Shown one piece after another: positions 1 through 13,728 of a stretch of DNA of 64,000 nt. Position numbers and translations under genes: made by a program. The stretch lies in contig CM097884.1 in the NCBI GenBank assembly GCA_044892505.1, positions 106,144,001-106,208,000 on the forward strand, written 5' to 3'. The stretch's first letter is position 1; every line of letters starts with the position of its first letter. Under the pieces are notes generated by a model, which saw only the letters and a program-made list of their open reading frames with translations, did not search any database and was not told the origin of the DNA. Source of the stretch: Schmidtea nova (Eukaryota).

Positions 1-95
1 TTTGGCAATCATTCAATATTACCAAGATTTGTAACAATTCACCTGTTTATATTTCCTGCATAATGAAATAACATTTTTAATTAAATTGTTTTTAG

Positions 96-269
96 AAGGA
101 ATATCATTAACTATTGAAGGCCCTTCAAAAACCGAAATAGAAACGACTAATTTAGCTGATGGAAACTGTAGAGTTGTATACGTTCCTCAATCTCCCGGAG
201 ATTATGTGCTTGCCATTCAGCAATTTGATGAGCATATCAATGGTTCTCCTTTTAAAATTACAGTAAAAT
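96..269 (+). CDS. fln: Filamin exon (Ig-like filamin repeat)
   Basis: TTTTAG acceptor at 94-95 and GTGAG donor at 270. Translates GISLTIEGPSKTEI...YVPQSPGDY...HINGSPFKITV, a typical filamin repeat; phase 1-1. Confidence 0.9.
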
Positions 270-1502
270 GTGAGGAAATTAATTGAATGCTCAATAATAT
301 TTGTGAGAATGTAATTAAAGCAATTCACTTATTAAATAAATAACTAAATGAATGACAATTAAATGACAATTAAATGAGTAATTAAATGAAGGAATGTTGT
401 GGATTGATGTGGTATGCAAACTCCTAAATCCTACATCACTGTGCGCTGATAATAATTGTGCTGTTTTTGAATTTAAATTATATTGTTGAAAACTAAGTTG
501 CGTTATTAATACGAAAAGTATTGTATCTAACGGGGGCCGTTCACAATCCTGACAAGTTGTCTGGGTTAGGGTTGTGGGGATTGTGAACCAAGCTCGTATC
601 TAACATGGGAATCATGATGGACAGTTTTATCAAAACGTCAGAAAATTACGAAATTGGAGCCGACATTGAAGATTTCATACAAGAATGTGAAAGATTTTTT
701 GAGCTTATAGGTATCTCAGAATAATACAGAAAACGTTAGTAAAAGTATTTTTATCAGCAAATGCCACAAAGAAATGCGAAGCAACTCGTGAGTACAGAAA
801 CTATTTAAATCGGTTAAAAGAAGCTTTCGAATTGACATTGAATTATATGGAAAATATATCAACAAGAAGCTTTCAAATATTGCCAATGAACTTTGTGAGG
901 AAATAGAAATTTTTGCCAAACAAATTTTGTGACACAATTTAAACGAATTTTTAAAAAATTGGCAAAGAAGACCAGAATTTCCAAATGGTACATGTAGACA
1001 TTGTTATAAATCATGGCATTTCCGTCACCAATGCTTCAAACAATATCGAGAACAAGTGATGATTGCTTTGCATTACCATTATATTTAGAAACATGCACTT
1101 CGACAAAATTTCCTGAATACTTATATTTTGAGGGTGGTGTGGTTGATTTTTTCTAGGACTAGANNNNNNNNNNNNNNNNNNNNNNNNNNNNNNNNNNNNN
1201 NNNNNNNNNNNNNNNNNNNNNNNNNNNNNNNNNNNNNNNNNNNNNNNNNNNNNNNNNNNNNNNNNNNNNNNNNNNNNNNNNNNNNNNNNNNNNNNNNNNN
1301 NNNNNNNNNNNNNNNNNNNNNNNNNNNNNNNNNNNNNNNNNNNNNNNNNNNNNNNNNNNNNNNNNNNNNNNNNNNNNNNNNNNNNNNNNNNNNNNNNNNN
1401 NNNNNNNNNNNNNNNNNNNNNNNNNNNNNNNNNNNNNNNNNNNNNNNNNNNNNNNNNNNNNNNNNNNNNNNNNNNNNNNNNNNNNNNNNNNNNNNNNNNN
1501 NN

Positions 1503-2784
1503 GTACCCGACCAAAGGTAAAAAAATGTAATGACACATTTTAGTTTTTTTGTGTAAATAAATAAATAAATATAGGTTTTGATTTCAGTTATTGTTTTATT
1601 TTATCAAACGCATTAAAATTTTTATTGTGACATTTTGAATTTTCGTCGGTGTAATGATTTCAGACGTTGAGTATCGCAGCGTTATCAAGTTCTTTGTGCT
1701 GCAGAAGAAGACGTGCAGTGAAATCTACGATCTTTTGCAGTCGACTTACCTACATGACTCCCCATCTCTGACAACTGTTAAATATTTGGTCAGAGAGTTT
1801 AAAGGTGGTCGCACCTCCGTTTTTGATCAAGAAAAATCAGGTCGGCCACAAGAAGTTTTTGACACAGTTGATGAAAAATTGGAGAAGATTGTCCAAGAAG
1901 AGCGTCGAATCACCATGAAAATGCTGTCAACGAAGCTCAACATCAGTGTTGGTACAGCCCACGCCAAATTGAAATACATGGGTATCAGAAAACTGTGCTC
2001 CAGATTCGTACCCCGCTTCTTGACTGGTGAAATGATGCGAAACCGCTTGGAGTGCAGTCAGAACAACTTGAACCTGTGGGACCAGCATGGTGAGACTTTC
2101 CTGGCAAATTTAATAACGGAGGATGAAACCCCACTCAGTATGTATTTGCCGGAAACAAAGCATGAGTCAGCAGAGTGGAAACTGCCTGGAGAGAAGCCAT
2201 CTTTGAAGATGCGAACGGGGACTAGTCATGGGCGAGCGATGATGCTTTCCATTTTCTGGGATCATAAAGGTGTTATTCTCATTGATTTCGCGGATAAAGG
2301 CATCACCATCAACGCTGCCTATTACAGCCTACTCGTGGCAACCACCAGAAAGAATAGACGGAAGCAGAAGAATACGCCACTGTGGTTTCTCCACGACAAT
2401 GCGCCAGTGCACACAGCGGGCGTTTCTCGGGCCACAATTGAAGGTGCTGGACTAGTGCTTGTGGATCATCCTCCGTACAGCCCAGATTTGGCACCAAGCG
2501 ATTTTTACCTCTTTAGACACCTAAAGAAGCATTTGAGAGGCACCCAGTTTGGATCCAAAGACGATTTGAAGGTTGCCGTGGAGGATTTCTTCAATGCATG
2601 TCCCCGAGATTTCTTCAAAAATGCGTTTTCTGAGTTGATTATTCGTTGGCGGAAGTGTGTGGAGCGAAATGGACATTATGTTGAAAAATGATGCCTACAT
2701 ACGTTAAGCTTGTTGTGTTATAAAAATAGCCCATTTTGGAATTCGTTTTCTTCGTCAGGTCGGGTACTTATTGAACGCACCACG
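1503..2784 (+). mobile_element. Mariner (Tc1/mariner, DD34D) transposon; left end in assembly gap
   Basis: Right TIR GGTCGGGTACTTATTGAACGCACCACG followed by TA; partial left TIR GTACCCGACC immediately after the gap. Confidence 0.92.
1654..2691 (+). CDS. Intact mariner transposase, 345 aa
   Basis: Uninterrupted ORF with FVPRFL (WVPH-equivalent), TEDET, HDNA and YSPDLAPSD motifs; 34 residues between the second and third catalytic Asp. Confidence 0.95.
   Translation: MISDVEYRSVIKFFVLQKKTCSEIYDLLQSTYLHDSPSLTTVKYLVREFKGGRTSVFDQEKSGRPQEVFDTVDEKLEKIVQEERRITMKMLSTKLNISVGTAHAKLKYMGIRKLCSRFVPRFLTGEMMRNRLECSQNNLNLWDQHGETFLANLITEDETPLSMYLPETKHESAEWKLPGEKPSLKMRTGTSHGRAMMLSIFWDHKGVILIDFADKGITINAAYYSLLVATTRKNRRKQKNTPLWFLHDNAPVHTAGVSRATIEGAGLVLVDHPPYSPDLAPSDFYLFRHLKKHLRGTQFGSKDDLKVAVEDFFNACPRDFFKNAFSELIIRWRKCVERNGHYVEK

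Positions 2785-2843
<59 letters not shown>
2785..2843. repeat. (TAGA)n microsatellite
   Basis: Direct reading. Confidence 0.95.
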
Positions 2844-3904
2844 TGTGAAATATATTTTCGAATTTATCGACCAATATATTAAATATATCGCGTCATGCCG
2901 TTAAATTGTAAAGTGAAAATACTGTGGTTACAATTTAAAAAAATAGTTGAACATAAAAATATGGAGCACCAGAAATTATACACTGTGATAGAGGGAAATT
3001 ATTTAAAGTTAAAGGTATGGAAAATTTAATATAAGCTCAAAATATTAAAATATTTTTTTCAAATCCTTACCATAATTCTGCAATCAGAAAAATAGAAAGG
3101 AATTTAGGAAAATTTGAAACGCAATTCACATTTATTTGAAGATACAAATTATAAAAATCGGGCTGAGTTGTTACCAGAAATTGTGTTTTCGATTAAATCT
3201 ACATTACAAAAGTGATTGACCAAACACCTTGTGAAAGAGTATTTGAAAAGCGTATTCACGTAGAATGAATAATAAATATGTCAGAAGGAAACAAATCCGT
3301 TTTTTCAATTACAAAGAATAAGAGGTTGGGAATAGAAGATGTTGTTTTAATCAAAAGCAGCACGAATAACAAAATTGACTGATATTTTGGACTTGTGGAA
3401 GTCCTGAAACAACTGCATGAAAGGAATCATGAAGTAAAACTTGATAATGGAAGCAGATATATAAGAAGCTATTTAAATGAATGTAATTTAATAAACTAAA
3501 TAACAATTAAATGAAAGAATGTTATGAATTGACGTGGCATATGAAATCCTTATGCGTACATTACTCTGCGTTGAATAAAAATCCTCATTGTTTGAGAACT
3601 GTAAATTGCATTGTTTTTAAATTTAATAAATAGTATTATTAATGACATTATTAATACTAAAAGTATTGTATCTTACAGTATTAAAAAGTAAAATGTTTTT
3701 TATGTTGCAGATGTATTTGTTGAAAATAAAATTCATATCGTAATTTATATATGTATGTGTATTTAAAAGCTCTTGAACACAATCGAGTCTCCTTTAAAAT
3801 TGTATCTAAGCCGACCTGTGGTGAATGTTGTTTTAAATAGTGTATGTGTGTGCGTTTGTATGTAATAATAACTAGTAAATCAAAAAAAAATTCTTTTTTC
3901 AAAT

Positions 3905-4420
3905 CCATGCTTTATGCGAGCAGAACTCCACTTGGCTGAGAAATTTTTTTTTGTTATATTTTGTAGAAGGGAAAATTATATTACATTTTTCGTGTGTCCT
4001 CAAAAAAAATTTTTAAAAAAAAATTTGTTTTCAAATTTTTTTTCAAAACATTTATTTTTATATTAAAAGTTAAATTAATTAAATAAAAAAGCAAAAAAAA
4101 GCATTAAAAAAATTAAAAAAAAATTTCACTTGAGATGATTCGAACAATAATTTATATTACATTTACACGCAAAATTTCTCTGAAGACACCAACACATTTA
4201 CCTCTCGTCCATTGTTAAATGTATGGGGAAATTCAAATTGTTATTTAGTTAACTTAATTAACTTTTTTTGGTCAAATTTATCAATTTCCATGTATTGTCA
4301 CCGGAAGTGAGCAAGTGTGCAAAATTTGAAGTGAATCGGTTGAGAGAAAAGCACTAAAAATTGATTTGTAATTTTGTGGCACACACATATATATAGAAAG
4401 CAACCTTATATAAAGCATGG
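3905..4420. mobile_element. Non-autonomous element (MITE-like) with short terminal inverted repeats
   Basis: CCATGCTTTAT ... ATAAAGCATGG; no ORF; no clear TSD. Confidence 0.45.
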
Positions 4421-5623
4421 AAAAAATGAAACAATAAAAATAAAGCTACCCACGGAAGTTATTAGTAAAAATTTCAAATCTGCTAATTAATGTTTTTTCT
4501 TACTTTTTAATCTCTTTCCAATTTCTTGTTCGTAATGAACTTTATTATATTGACTTTCAATTTCTTTTTAGTCTTGAACTTTTCCTATCTTTATTATTCG
4601 ATTTCCCTCGTTTTGTATCTGCAAAATTCCTATCGTAATAAATTTTCTAAATTTATTTTAAATATATTTTCAAAATTTCTTAAGTAATATTTTTTTTGTA
4701 AGTCAATTTTATTTTCGAATCTATTTTTTATATTCCTATAGTAATGAATTACTATAGGAACTGATTTATTTTATAAAATTTATTTTTATTTACGCCTCAC
4801 AACGAATAAAATGAGGCTACAATGTACCAAAAATATAATTAAAAGTTACACTACTTAGATAACATTCACAATTTATATAAATAATAAATATTGCCATAAG
4901 TTTTGAAATTCGACAACACGCCTTTTAATTTACTTTGCTATTATATGTACATTTACAATATATAAATCACAGGGTACTTACGGTTATTCATTTGCTAGTA
5001 AGATTTCAAAGCTGTTAAGTAAAATATTTAACAAAATTCTTGAAAGATGAATAATTTTAAATATTTCATTAGTAATTTCATTTTGCGGATTTTAGTAGAC
5101 TGCCGAATCTCATTATAACAATATTTAGATAAAAAATGTATTCTAATATTTTGGAATGTTCTTCATTAATCCATTCAGTTATTTTTTACAGGCATGAGGC
5201 CCCGGCGGCCACCCATTGCGCCCATGCGTAAATCCTGGCCTGCTTGTGATAGTGCTAGAATAATGCGTTTAAGTTATAATATTTATGAATACAAATATAA
5301 TAATGAATGATCCTGACCTAGAAACACGTAAAATAACGAAGTAATGAGAATACAAACATACATGCAGCATATTTATATTTGTGCGTTAATTTAATATTTA
5401 GGCCGCAGTCATATTTGTCCATTAAGTACGATGATAAAATGTATTATATGTCTATGTCGCTATATACTTGGCATCATAATATATCACAGCGACAACGAAG
5501 TAATTTTTAGAAAATAATAATAAATAGTTTCACGCTACAATTTTATTTTTTATTTAAAGACATTGACATTTATTTTATTTATTTTTAAAAAATTGTGAAA
5601 AATTATATTTTTTCAATTTATAG

Positions 5624-5811
5624 CAAATGATATTGATAAAACCATTGTCACCACAATTTCAACTAGTAAAAAGGCATATGCAGAAGGTCAAGGACTAACT
5701 GATGCAATTATTGATTTCCCTAATCAATTTAACATCTTTACAAAAGAAGCGGGTCCAGGTGGTTTATCATTATCTATAGAAGGTCCAAGTAAAGCCATAA
5801 TTGAGTTTAAG
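5624..5811 (+). CDS. fln: Filamin exon
   Basis: TAG acceptor and GTAATG donor. Translates KAYAEGQGLTDAIIDFPNQFNIFTKEAGPGGLSLSIEGPSKAIIEFK; the phase 1 start matches the previous exon. Confidence 0.9.
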
Positions 5812-5971
5812 GTAATGTTATTCACTTGTTATATTAAATAGTTAAGTTATGTTTTGGGCCTGTAAATGCGCAGAATGTTGCACTCTGAGGCAGTTGGGCT
5901 CCAAGCAAATAATCAAATTAAGTTCTTGAAAATATAGTTTAAAAATTAACTACAATAAATGTTATAATTAA

Positions 5972-6276
5972 GGCTGGCAAAAAGTTGGAGAACGTGCGCC
6001 CTGTTACGCGTCCGCTCGACAGGTGGGTAACCGAATACTTGTTCACGCCACAATCTTCATATGAAATTGCACTAAACTATAACACGATGTACTTTGTTAT
6101 TACAGGAAGACCTAGATAACAGCAAGCGATCAGCAATATCCAGTCGAAAGTCATGAGTTATGACAAATAAACGAATTGAATTATAAACGGAACGAGCGTG
6201 TAGTCGATCTCTGATTAGATACCCGTGTAAGATCCGACGGTCGGTTACCCGGAAAACCGGGTAACTGTTGACAGCC
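5972..6276. mobile_element. MITE flanked by TTAA (Kolobok/Harbinger-type ends)
   Basis: TTAA|GGCTGGCAA ... TTGACAGCC|TTAA; internal perfect hairpin GTTACCCGG-AAAA-CCGGGTAAC. Confidence 0.55.
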
Positions 6277-8611
6277 TTAATAGTAATATAATCTAAACCT
6301 AATGTTCAAATAAAATTTAATACAAATCAAAAACTTATAAAAACATGAAATTTAAAATTAAAACTGATTTTCAAGCTTTTGCCTATGAAAATAATAAGGA
6401 TTGTAAAAAATTTTAAATTATCGTTATAATTTTTATTTAGTCATATTGTTTTCTTAAAGAAATAATGGCAGTAAAAAGTCTTATAAATTAGTCAGTTTTA
6501 ATTAGTTTTTTAGGATTCTGTGTTATTTCATTCTTTGAAATGTACGACATCTTAGATTTTCATCTTAATGATACGGATTGAATGTGATTGGTGGTTTCAT
6601 GGTGTCCAGTTGACTGCCAACAATGAAATAATTTTGATTTATACGATGGTTTGGAAAAATACATTACACTATTACCCCGTATTTAGGCTGAAATACTTTT
6701 CTAGAAAATTGGCTGTGAAACAAAATATCATGTAAAGAAGCAGTCCAAACATCATTTCAGATGTTCTTCTTTTGTTTAATATGATGGGGTTGCGTTTAAA
6801 CAAGTACGAAATAAAATAAAAAATACAAACTATATACAAATCAAAAAAACATCAAAATTTTAAAAGTTATAATTAAAGTACAAAAATTACAAAAAATTTG
6901 GACAATTAAAAAATAAAGATTTAGCGGGAGAGATTGCTATGGAGAATGCCAAATGATGAGACAAATTCAAAATATGGTAATTATAAAATCAAATAAAGGT
7001 CCCAGAAAGAAATATTAAGAAAAAACAAAGTAATTACCTAATAGAAGACACGAGCTGTATGGGAAACTCGAATCAATAACAAAATTGTTGAATTACGAGG
7101 GGAAAATTGGATGATGTAGAGGAAGCCCGGGTGAGAAGATGTGAGGCAATTACTCTGAACAAAATTAATTATCGGGAAACGCGGAGAAAGATTAAAAATC
7201 CCGAGTGGTGAAGGGAAACCGAACCTAGATAAAATAATTAGTTTTTCAGATTAATTGGTTGAGACAAAACACTTTAAAAATAAAAGTAAATTTAGTTGGT
7301 AGAAAGATAGTTTTGTGAAGACAAATTTCTGTAGTTAAACAGAAAGTTAGCTAGAGTTCACTTCAAATCAATTATTGCGTACCAGAAAAATATATCTCCT
7401 ATTGGAAGACCTACCTCTATCGCTGAAAAGTGCAGAAGCAACAAGTTTAACTGTAACTGTGTATTGAAATTTAAATAAAAGTTCTTGTGTTGGGGTTTTG
7501 TCAATTGATTTTTAAAGAAAGGACACGTGTCATCAGAGAGTAACAGACTATATAATAATAACCGAACAGATATAATTTTTTTTCAAAATAATAATAATAA
7601 TACAGAACAAACGCCAGTCCAAAATTATATTCCGCACAATGTATTTAGAGAACATCATTCTCATCATCAGGTGCTTTTCAATCAAACATTCTAATATAAA
7701 TGAAATAAATTAATTAACTGTAACTGTGTATTGAAATTTAAATAAAAGTTCTTGTGTTGGGGTTATGTCAATTGATTTTTAAAGAAAGGACACGTGTCAT
7801 CAGAGAGTAACAGACTATATAATAATAACCGAACAGATATAATTTTTTTTTTCAAAATAATAATAATAATACAGAACAAACGCCAGTCCAAAATTATATT
7901 CCGCACAATGTATTTAGAGAACATCATTCTCATCATCAGGTGCTTTTCAATCAAACATTCTAATATAAATGAAATAAATCGATTAAGTTTAATCCTAGCT
8001 TGATTAATATAACTTGATAATAATANNNNNNNNNNNNNNNNNNNNNNNNNNNNNNNNNNNNNNNNNNNNNNNNNNNNNNNNNNNNNNNNNNNNNNNNNNN
8101 NNNNNNNNNNNNNNNNNNNNNNNNNNNNNNNNNNNNNNNNNNNNNNNNNNNNNNNNNNNNNNNNNNNNNNNNNNNNNNNNNNNNNNNNNNNNNNNNNNNN
8201 NNNNNNNNNNNNNNNNNNNNNNNNNNNNNNNNNNNNNNNNNNNNNNNNNNNNNNNNNNNNNNNNNNNNNNNNNNNNNNNNNNNNNNNNNNNNNNNNNNNN
8301 NNNNNNNNNNNNNCTAAACTAATTTCTAGTGCGCAGAAGCGAATATGAGGTTCATAAACCATGTTTAGAAGTTTTTAGATTATCTCTAAGACCTTGCATA
8401 TCCAAGTAATGTGATATCTATTGTACCAGGAAAAGTATTCAAAAAAGTATTTCCAACTTGGTTTTATGCTTAACTTGTGTAAAGAGTAATCTTTACGTCT
8501 CCTGTATAGCACTGATAACAGCTAAAAGCTCGAAACTATTCTGTTATTGGGGTATTCCACTGAGTGTATCACAAAGCTTTACCTTTTTTATTGGTTTTTT
8601 TTAAATAGATT

Positions 8612-11600
8612 CAGCTCCGGCTTTATGCCTAGTTGACATAGGCGGCTGCCTAGGATGGCATTCTTTTAGGCGCGGCAACATTATAAAAAATTTTAATTTA
8701 AAAATATTTTTTAAGTTATGAAAATTATTTGTTGTGCTTCGTGCTACTAATATCACTTTTTATGAAGCCACTCGCTCCACATAATTTCATTATTTTGAAA
8801 AATTGAATTTGAAGAAGTGTAGAATAAAATAAGTGTACCGTTATGCTCGAAATCGCTCAGAATGGTGACGGAAAGTTTAATTTTTTAAAGTCACGTGACA
8901 CATGGTTTAAGACTTTAACTTAACTTATTACACCAATATTTTAGTCACTTCCGTTCAAAGATGCCTGTCTGGGTCTGACAGTGTGCTTTCTTATGTAGGA
9001 ATCACTATTTCTTTAATTTTTTAATATTTTAATTTTATGGAAAATATCGGAAAATAAATAATATAGTTAATATTTATTAATTAATAAAAATAAAATCGAA
9101 AATTACTTACAGTTTTTTTAATGCATTTTCTAATTTTACAGTTTTTACCCATCATGGGAAAGGCTAACACGGGAAAGCGCACCCGTTTATCTGGAGCACA
9201 GTATATGGAAAAAAAAGAATGCAAAACAATCGTTCATAGAATCACAGAAAGGATCTATTTTTAAATTGTTACCAAAAACAGAATGAATTGCGTAGAAGTG
9301 ATGAAGAGTCAGAATTGTCAAATAACTCAGTTTCTAACGAAGTAACCATAAGGAAAAGCATATCACCACTGGAATCAAATTTAAGTGATGTTGATTGTGA
9401 CATGCCGTTTTATTCAGCAGAGGTTTAACAGTCTCAATCCATTCCTCAGGTATTTTCAACAAAAGACGAGATTGACAACATTGATGTCATTGAAATGGCA
9501 GAAGTTCAGCCAGTGCAAGAAATTGAAGATCCTACTTATGAATATGGGAATGTAAGTTTGAATTTAACAAAATTAGATTGAGATATAATGGAGGATACTG
9601 GTAAATGGTCAGATATAAATGATAATATTCGTTGTTTTCTTATTCAGCATGATCCAAAGCAGATCAAATTAGAGTTTGTTTATCCAAAAGATGAAAGTGG
9701 ACGACAATTTTCTAATTACCACTATACACGCAAACTGGCTAACGGAGAAACTTTAAAAAGGTCATGGTTGATGTATTCCACGTCAGTGGATAAGGTATAT
9801 TATTTTTGCTGCAAAGTACGTAACAGGAGTAAATCTGCCCTACCAACACATGACAGTTGTGACTGGAAAAATATGTCAAGTATATTGCAGCACCATGAAA
9901 AATCACCAGATAATTTAAGCAGTTATCATGATTGGAAAGATCTGAAAATGAGGATGGTGTTCCATTATTGTGCCCCGAGTTGTTGGTACACAAAATATAC
10001 CATTACACAGGGATCAATATCGAAGAGTTGCTCATAATGGTTTATAATATGGTGCTAGGGCTGACATCAAGTGTGTCGAAAATTACGTTCTATGTAAAGG
10101 TTCAATGCGAGTTTCATGTATCAATAGATGCGCTGGTTGATATGACTTTAAAAGACAACAATCTGTACATATCTTTGGTTGCTGAAATGCGAAAGACATA
10201 CTATGATGAATTTTTCAATACAAAGTAATTGCTGAATATTTATTTAAATAAAGATTTATTTTTAAAATACTTGGTGTTTTTGTTGTTTATTTAGTTTTTA
10301 TGAATTTTTATTGTTAAAGGTTAAATTGTGAGCATTTTGATGTTGAATTCTGACCATTTTTGGCCAAGTTAGATTTTTGTGTAAATTTGATTGGAGGAGA
10401 CCAATTTTTCATGATTTTACTTTTTGACCCTTTTTTGTTCGCCATTCAATTCTCAGTAGACTGGTATAAACATTATTGAATTCTGAGCATTTATTTAATT
10501 TTTGGAGGTTGTGGGAGTTGACCGTTTTTACATATAAAATTTAGTCTGATGAGACAAAATTTTCATGTTTTTACTTTTTGACCTTTTTTGTTCGCCATTC
10601 AATTCTCAGTAGATTGGTATAAAAATTATTGAATTCTGAGCATTTTTTGATTTTTGGAAATTGTGGGAGTTGACCGTTTTCATATGTAAATTGACCGCAG
10701 ACTTTAACATACATGTTTTTTTGAAAAAATTAATTTTTAAAAAAAAATTTCAAAAAATAAAAATTTTAATTTTTGATAAAACTTTGAAAAATAAAATAAA
10801 AAAAAAAATTTTCAGTATTACATAACCATTTACACGGTGTTTAATGTATTACGTAATGTATAAATTATTATAATATAGATTGCGTAAAGCGTAAAGTAGT
10901 ATGTACTAAATACGTAAAATGTAAAATGTAAAGTATTAAATAATATAGAAGTGTTGTGTAATAATTCAGTAACGATTCCAGAAATATATGCAGTACTACA
11001 TAATGATTACATACTGATTGTATGAAATATATATAATATTATACAATGTTTTCGTAATGATTAAATATACATACAGTATTATGTGCTACAATATTTTTCC
11101 CTGGTGGGTTCACTGTATAATTATTGTGTAATATGTACAGTTTAGGGATACATGGCTTGTGTTAGACCGTTCACTTCCCCTACTGACGTTTCACGTACTG
11201 GACAACATTGAACCCAGTCACCTGCAGAAGCTAAGGGAATCTCACAAAAAATGCTCGATTTCAAATTCGTTTGTTCATTAGTGATTTGAAGTGATATTTT
11301 ATTTAAGATTAATATATCTAGCAAAACATTTCAAGAAAAAGATCTTAATTTTAAAAAAATGAATTCAACAATTGATTACAACTAAAACTATGCTCCAGAA
11401 TTACAGAACAGATGAAGGTTTTTCTAAAGCAATTACAACAGCTAAGTCATTGGAAGAAGAACTTGTTATTGAGTGCACTTTCCCTAAGTAAATACAGATA
11501 AAATCTCGACAAAGAAAGAGACTATGATGTTCCAGACGATCCAATTCTTGAGCCAGAAAAGAATTTTAGAGTAATTTTTTTAATCAGATATTGGACACCG

Positions 11601-12380
11601 CAGTTAACATCTCACAGTGGCTTATTTGGATTTTTGTATAACATTAAAAAACTTGAGAAATATGGAACAAAAAGAAGTTTTCAAAGATTGCATGGACCTT
11701 CAATGAGCTTTAACATCTGAAAACGAGGATTCAGCAGACATTAATGCAACAGAACTGTGCGATGAGTTATTTGCTTTATCAAGAATAATTACTGAAAAAT
11801 CAAGTCCCAGAGTTATATTAGACTATCTATGCGGAATGGGCTTGGTTAATCTTTTTCCAAACGTGTACGTGGCATTGCGAATATTGCGAGTTCATAGAAA
11901 AGCTTTTGGGAGCTCAAACTTATAAAAACATATCTTCGTTCTAACACATCTCAGAATCGTTCGGTTTTAGCTACCATATCTCTAGAGAGCACGATTGCAC
12001 AAGAGTTGGATATTACCGAAATAATTCAGGAGTTTGCTTCTACTAAAGCTAGAAAAGCATATTTTTTATGAAATCAACTAATAAATACTTTTAGTGTTTT
12101 ATTAACAAAACATTTCAAACATTTTTGTTTTTATTACTTTTCAAAACAAAAGGCTTCTTAAATTCAACTACTTATATGTCTATTGAAAGCTCTTAATTTT
12201 TATAAAGTTGTCAAAATTTAACAATTTGTGTATTAAAATTATAAAAATTTCACATTTTCATATTTTGGATTTTTACTTCAAAATAAATAGAAATTAAAGA
12301 TTTTTCTTAGAAAACTGAACCCAGTAATGGCGGCATTTCTATCCTTGCCTATTGGCCAAAATTGTCTAAGGCCGGCACTG
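8612..12380 (+). mobile_element. Decayed hAT transposon (TTF-type zinc finger / ZMYM1-like transposase), centre deleted and replaced
   Basis: TIRs CAGCTCCGGCTTTA / TAAGGCCGGCACTG; 8-bp TSD AATAGATT / AAAAGATT (7/8). N-terminal fragment KRSWLMYSTSVDKVYYFCCK at 9588-9950; hAT dimerisation remnant (LFPNVYVALRIL...KLIKTYLRS) at 11850-11950. Confidence 0.85.
9950..11184 (-). mobile_element. Orphan terminal fragment of a Polinton-type element inside the hAT
   Basis: Minus-strand end reads AGTAGGGGAAGTGAACGGTCTAACACAAG, matching the termini at 53932 and 42968. Internal ~135-bp duplication; the left boundary is approximate. Confidence 0.5.
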
Positions 12381-13490
12381 AAAAGATTAAGTTATTAATA
12401 TGAATGCAATAAATTAAATAATTATAATAAAATTAAAATAAGTATTTAGGAATTGGTTAATAGAAATTAAATATAATGAATGATTATTAATAACTATAAA
12501 TCAAAACACATCTGCATTGAAAAAATATCAATTAGCTACTGCCTTCTTAATAGTAGAAAATTTGAGGATTGCCTAGAAGTTGGGTTGCAAGATGTTGAGA
12601 AGCTAAAAATAGGACAAATCAATAACAAAAACAATGATGAATAAAAAACAATTCAATATATTTGTAAATTAAAGATTTTTTTACACAGCAGTTTTTATTT
12701 ATTATGTCTAAACTTATATTTTTTATCATTCTTTGCACATTTTAATAATTCAATGTCATTTTGTATTATTTCAAAAAATTGTACGCAACTGCTTTTCGAA
12801 TTGATGCTAATGAGAAGTTCTGCTCTAATTAGTTCAGAAGAACACCTATTTCTTTCATCAGTTTTATTCATAATTGAAAATACACGTTCAATAAACTTTA
12901 TTAAACTGATTTTAACAAATGTTTATAGAAACTGATTTTATAAAAATAAATCAAATCAAATACATACATACAAACATGTTTAAAAATATTTTCAGAATTT
13001 TTTTTAATATTTTAATCTAGATGCCTTTGCTTTGAATTATAAAGAGAAAAAGATTTTTTTGTTAAATTTAAAAGGAAAACGGTACAAAGTAGAGTAAATA
13101 TTTCAAAGTAAGACAATTTCCCTTTCATGTAGTACGTAGGACAAATATCCAAATTGTAAGACTGTCCTACCGAAAGTAGGATGCGTGGCAACTTGACCTA
13201 GAAGTTCTCCAGTGATGACAGAGTTCTCTATTATCTGCAAATTGTTTTTAATGAGTTTGAATGATAATGTAAAAGTATTCATTAGATTTCTTAGCTGCTT
13301 AAATATCGATGCTCGAATTATATTATTATCATACTAATAATAATGCTTGCGTATATTAAAAAGATTTTTTGTGTAATAAACATTTTTTAACATTGATATA
13401 TTTGTTTTGATTGTCTTATTTATAGCTTTTTATAGGTATTGTTTTAGCTAGCGACTTTTATTACTCATATTTTAATATGTACTTTTATAG

Positions 13491-13682
13491 GACGCGAAAA
13501 ATGGCGTATGTGGGGTCACTTACAGAGTTACTGAACCTGGATTATACACATGCATCGTAAAATTTAACAGAAAGCATATAATGGGTTCTCCGTTTGCTAT
13601 AAATGTGAACCCAAAGCAAATAATGGGAAACAGGTCAAATGAAATTCCTACTAAATTGGAGCCGTATAGACAAATGTATCAG
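13491..13682 (+). CDS. fln: Filamin exon
   Basis: TTTTATAG acceptor, phase 0. DAKNGVCGVTYRVTEPGLYTCIVKFNRKHIMGSPFAINV completes the repeat begun at 5624-5811. The 3' boundary (46-nt intron 13683-13728) is inferred from frame. Confidence 0.85.
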
Positions 13683-13728
13683 GTTTTGAACGCAATGTTA
13701 TTAAGATTATATTTTACTACTGATTAAG

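Larger units (their letters stand above)
310..3677 (+). mobile_element. Degenerate Ty3/gypsy-like LTR retrotransposon remnant in filamin intron
   Basis: Diverged direct repeats 310-531 and 3482-3677 (both end AAAAGTATTGTATCT(T/A)AC). Gag-like fragments (DIEDFIQECERFFELI; CRHCYKSWHFRHQC knuckle) at 600-1100 and integrase C-terminal remnants at 2950-3450. Confidence 0.6.

Noticed and set aside
1011-1538. ORFs dominated by X (also 7763-8362, 23650-23901, 24709-25224, 48439-48733)
   Set aside because: They span N gaps and carry no sequence information.
7450-7990. Near-perfect ~265-bp tandem duplication
   Set aside because: Directly adjacent to an assembly gap; likely an overlap artefact.
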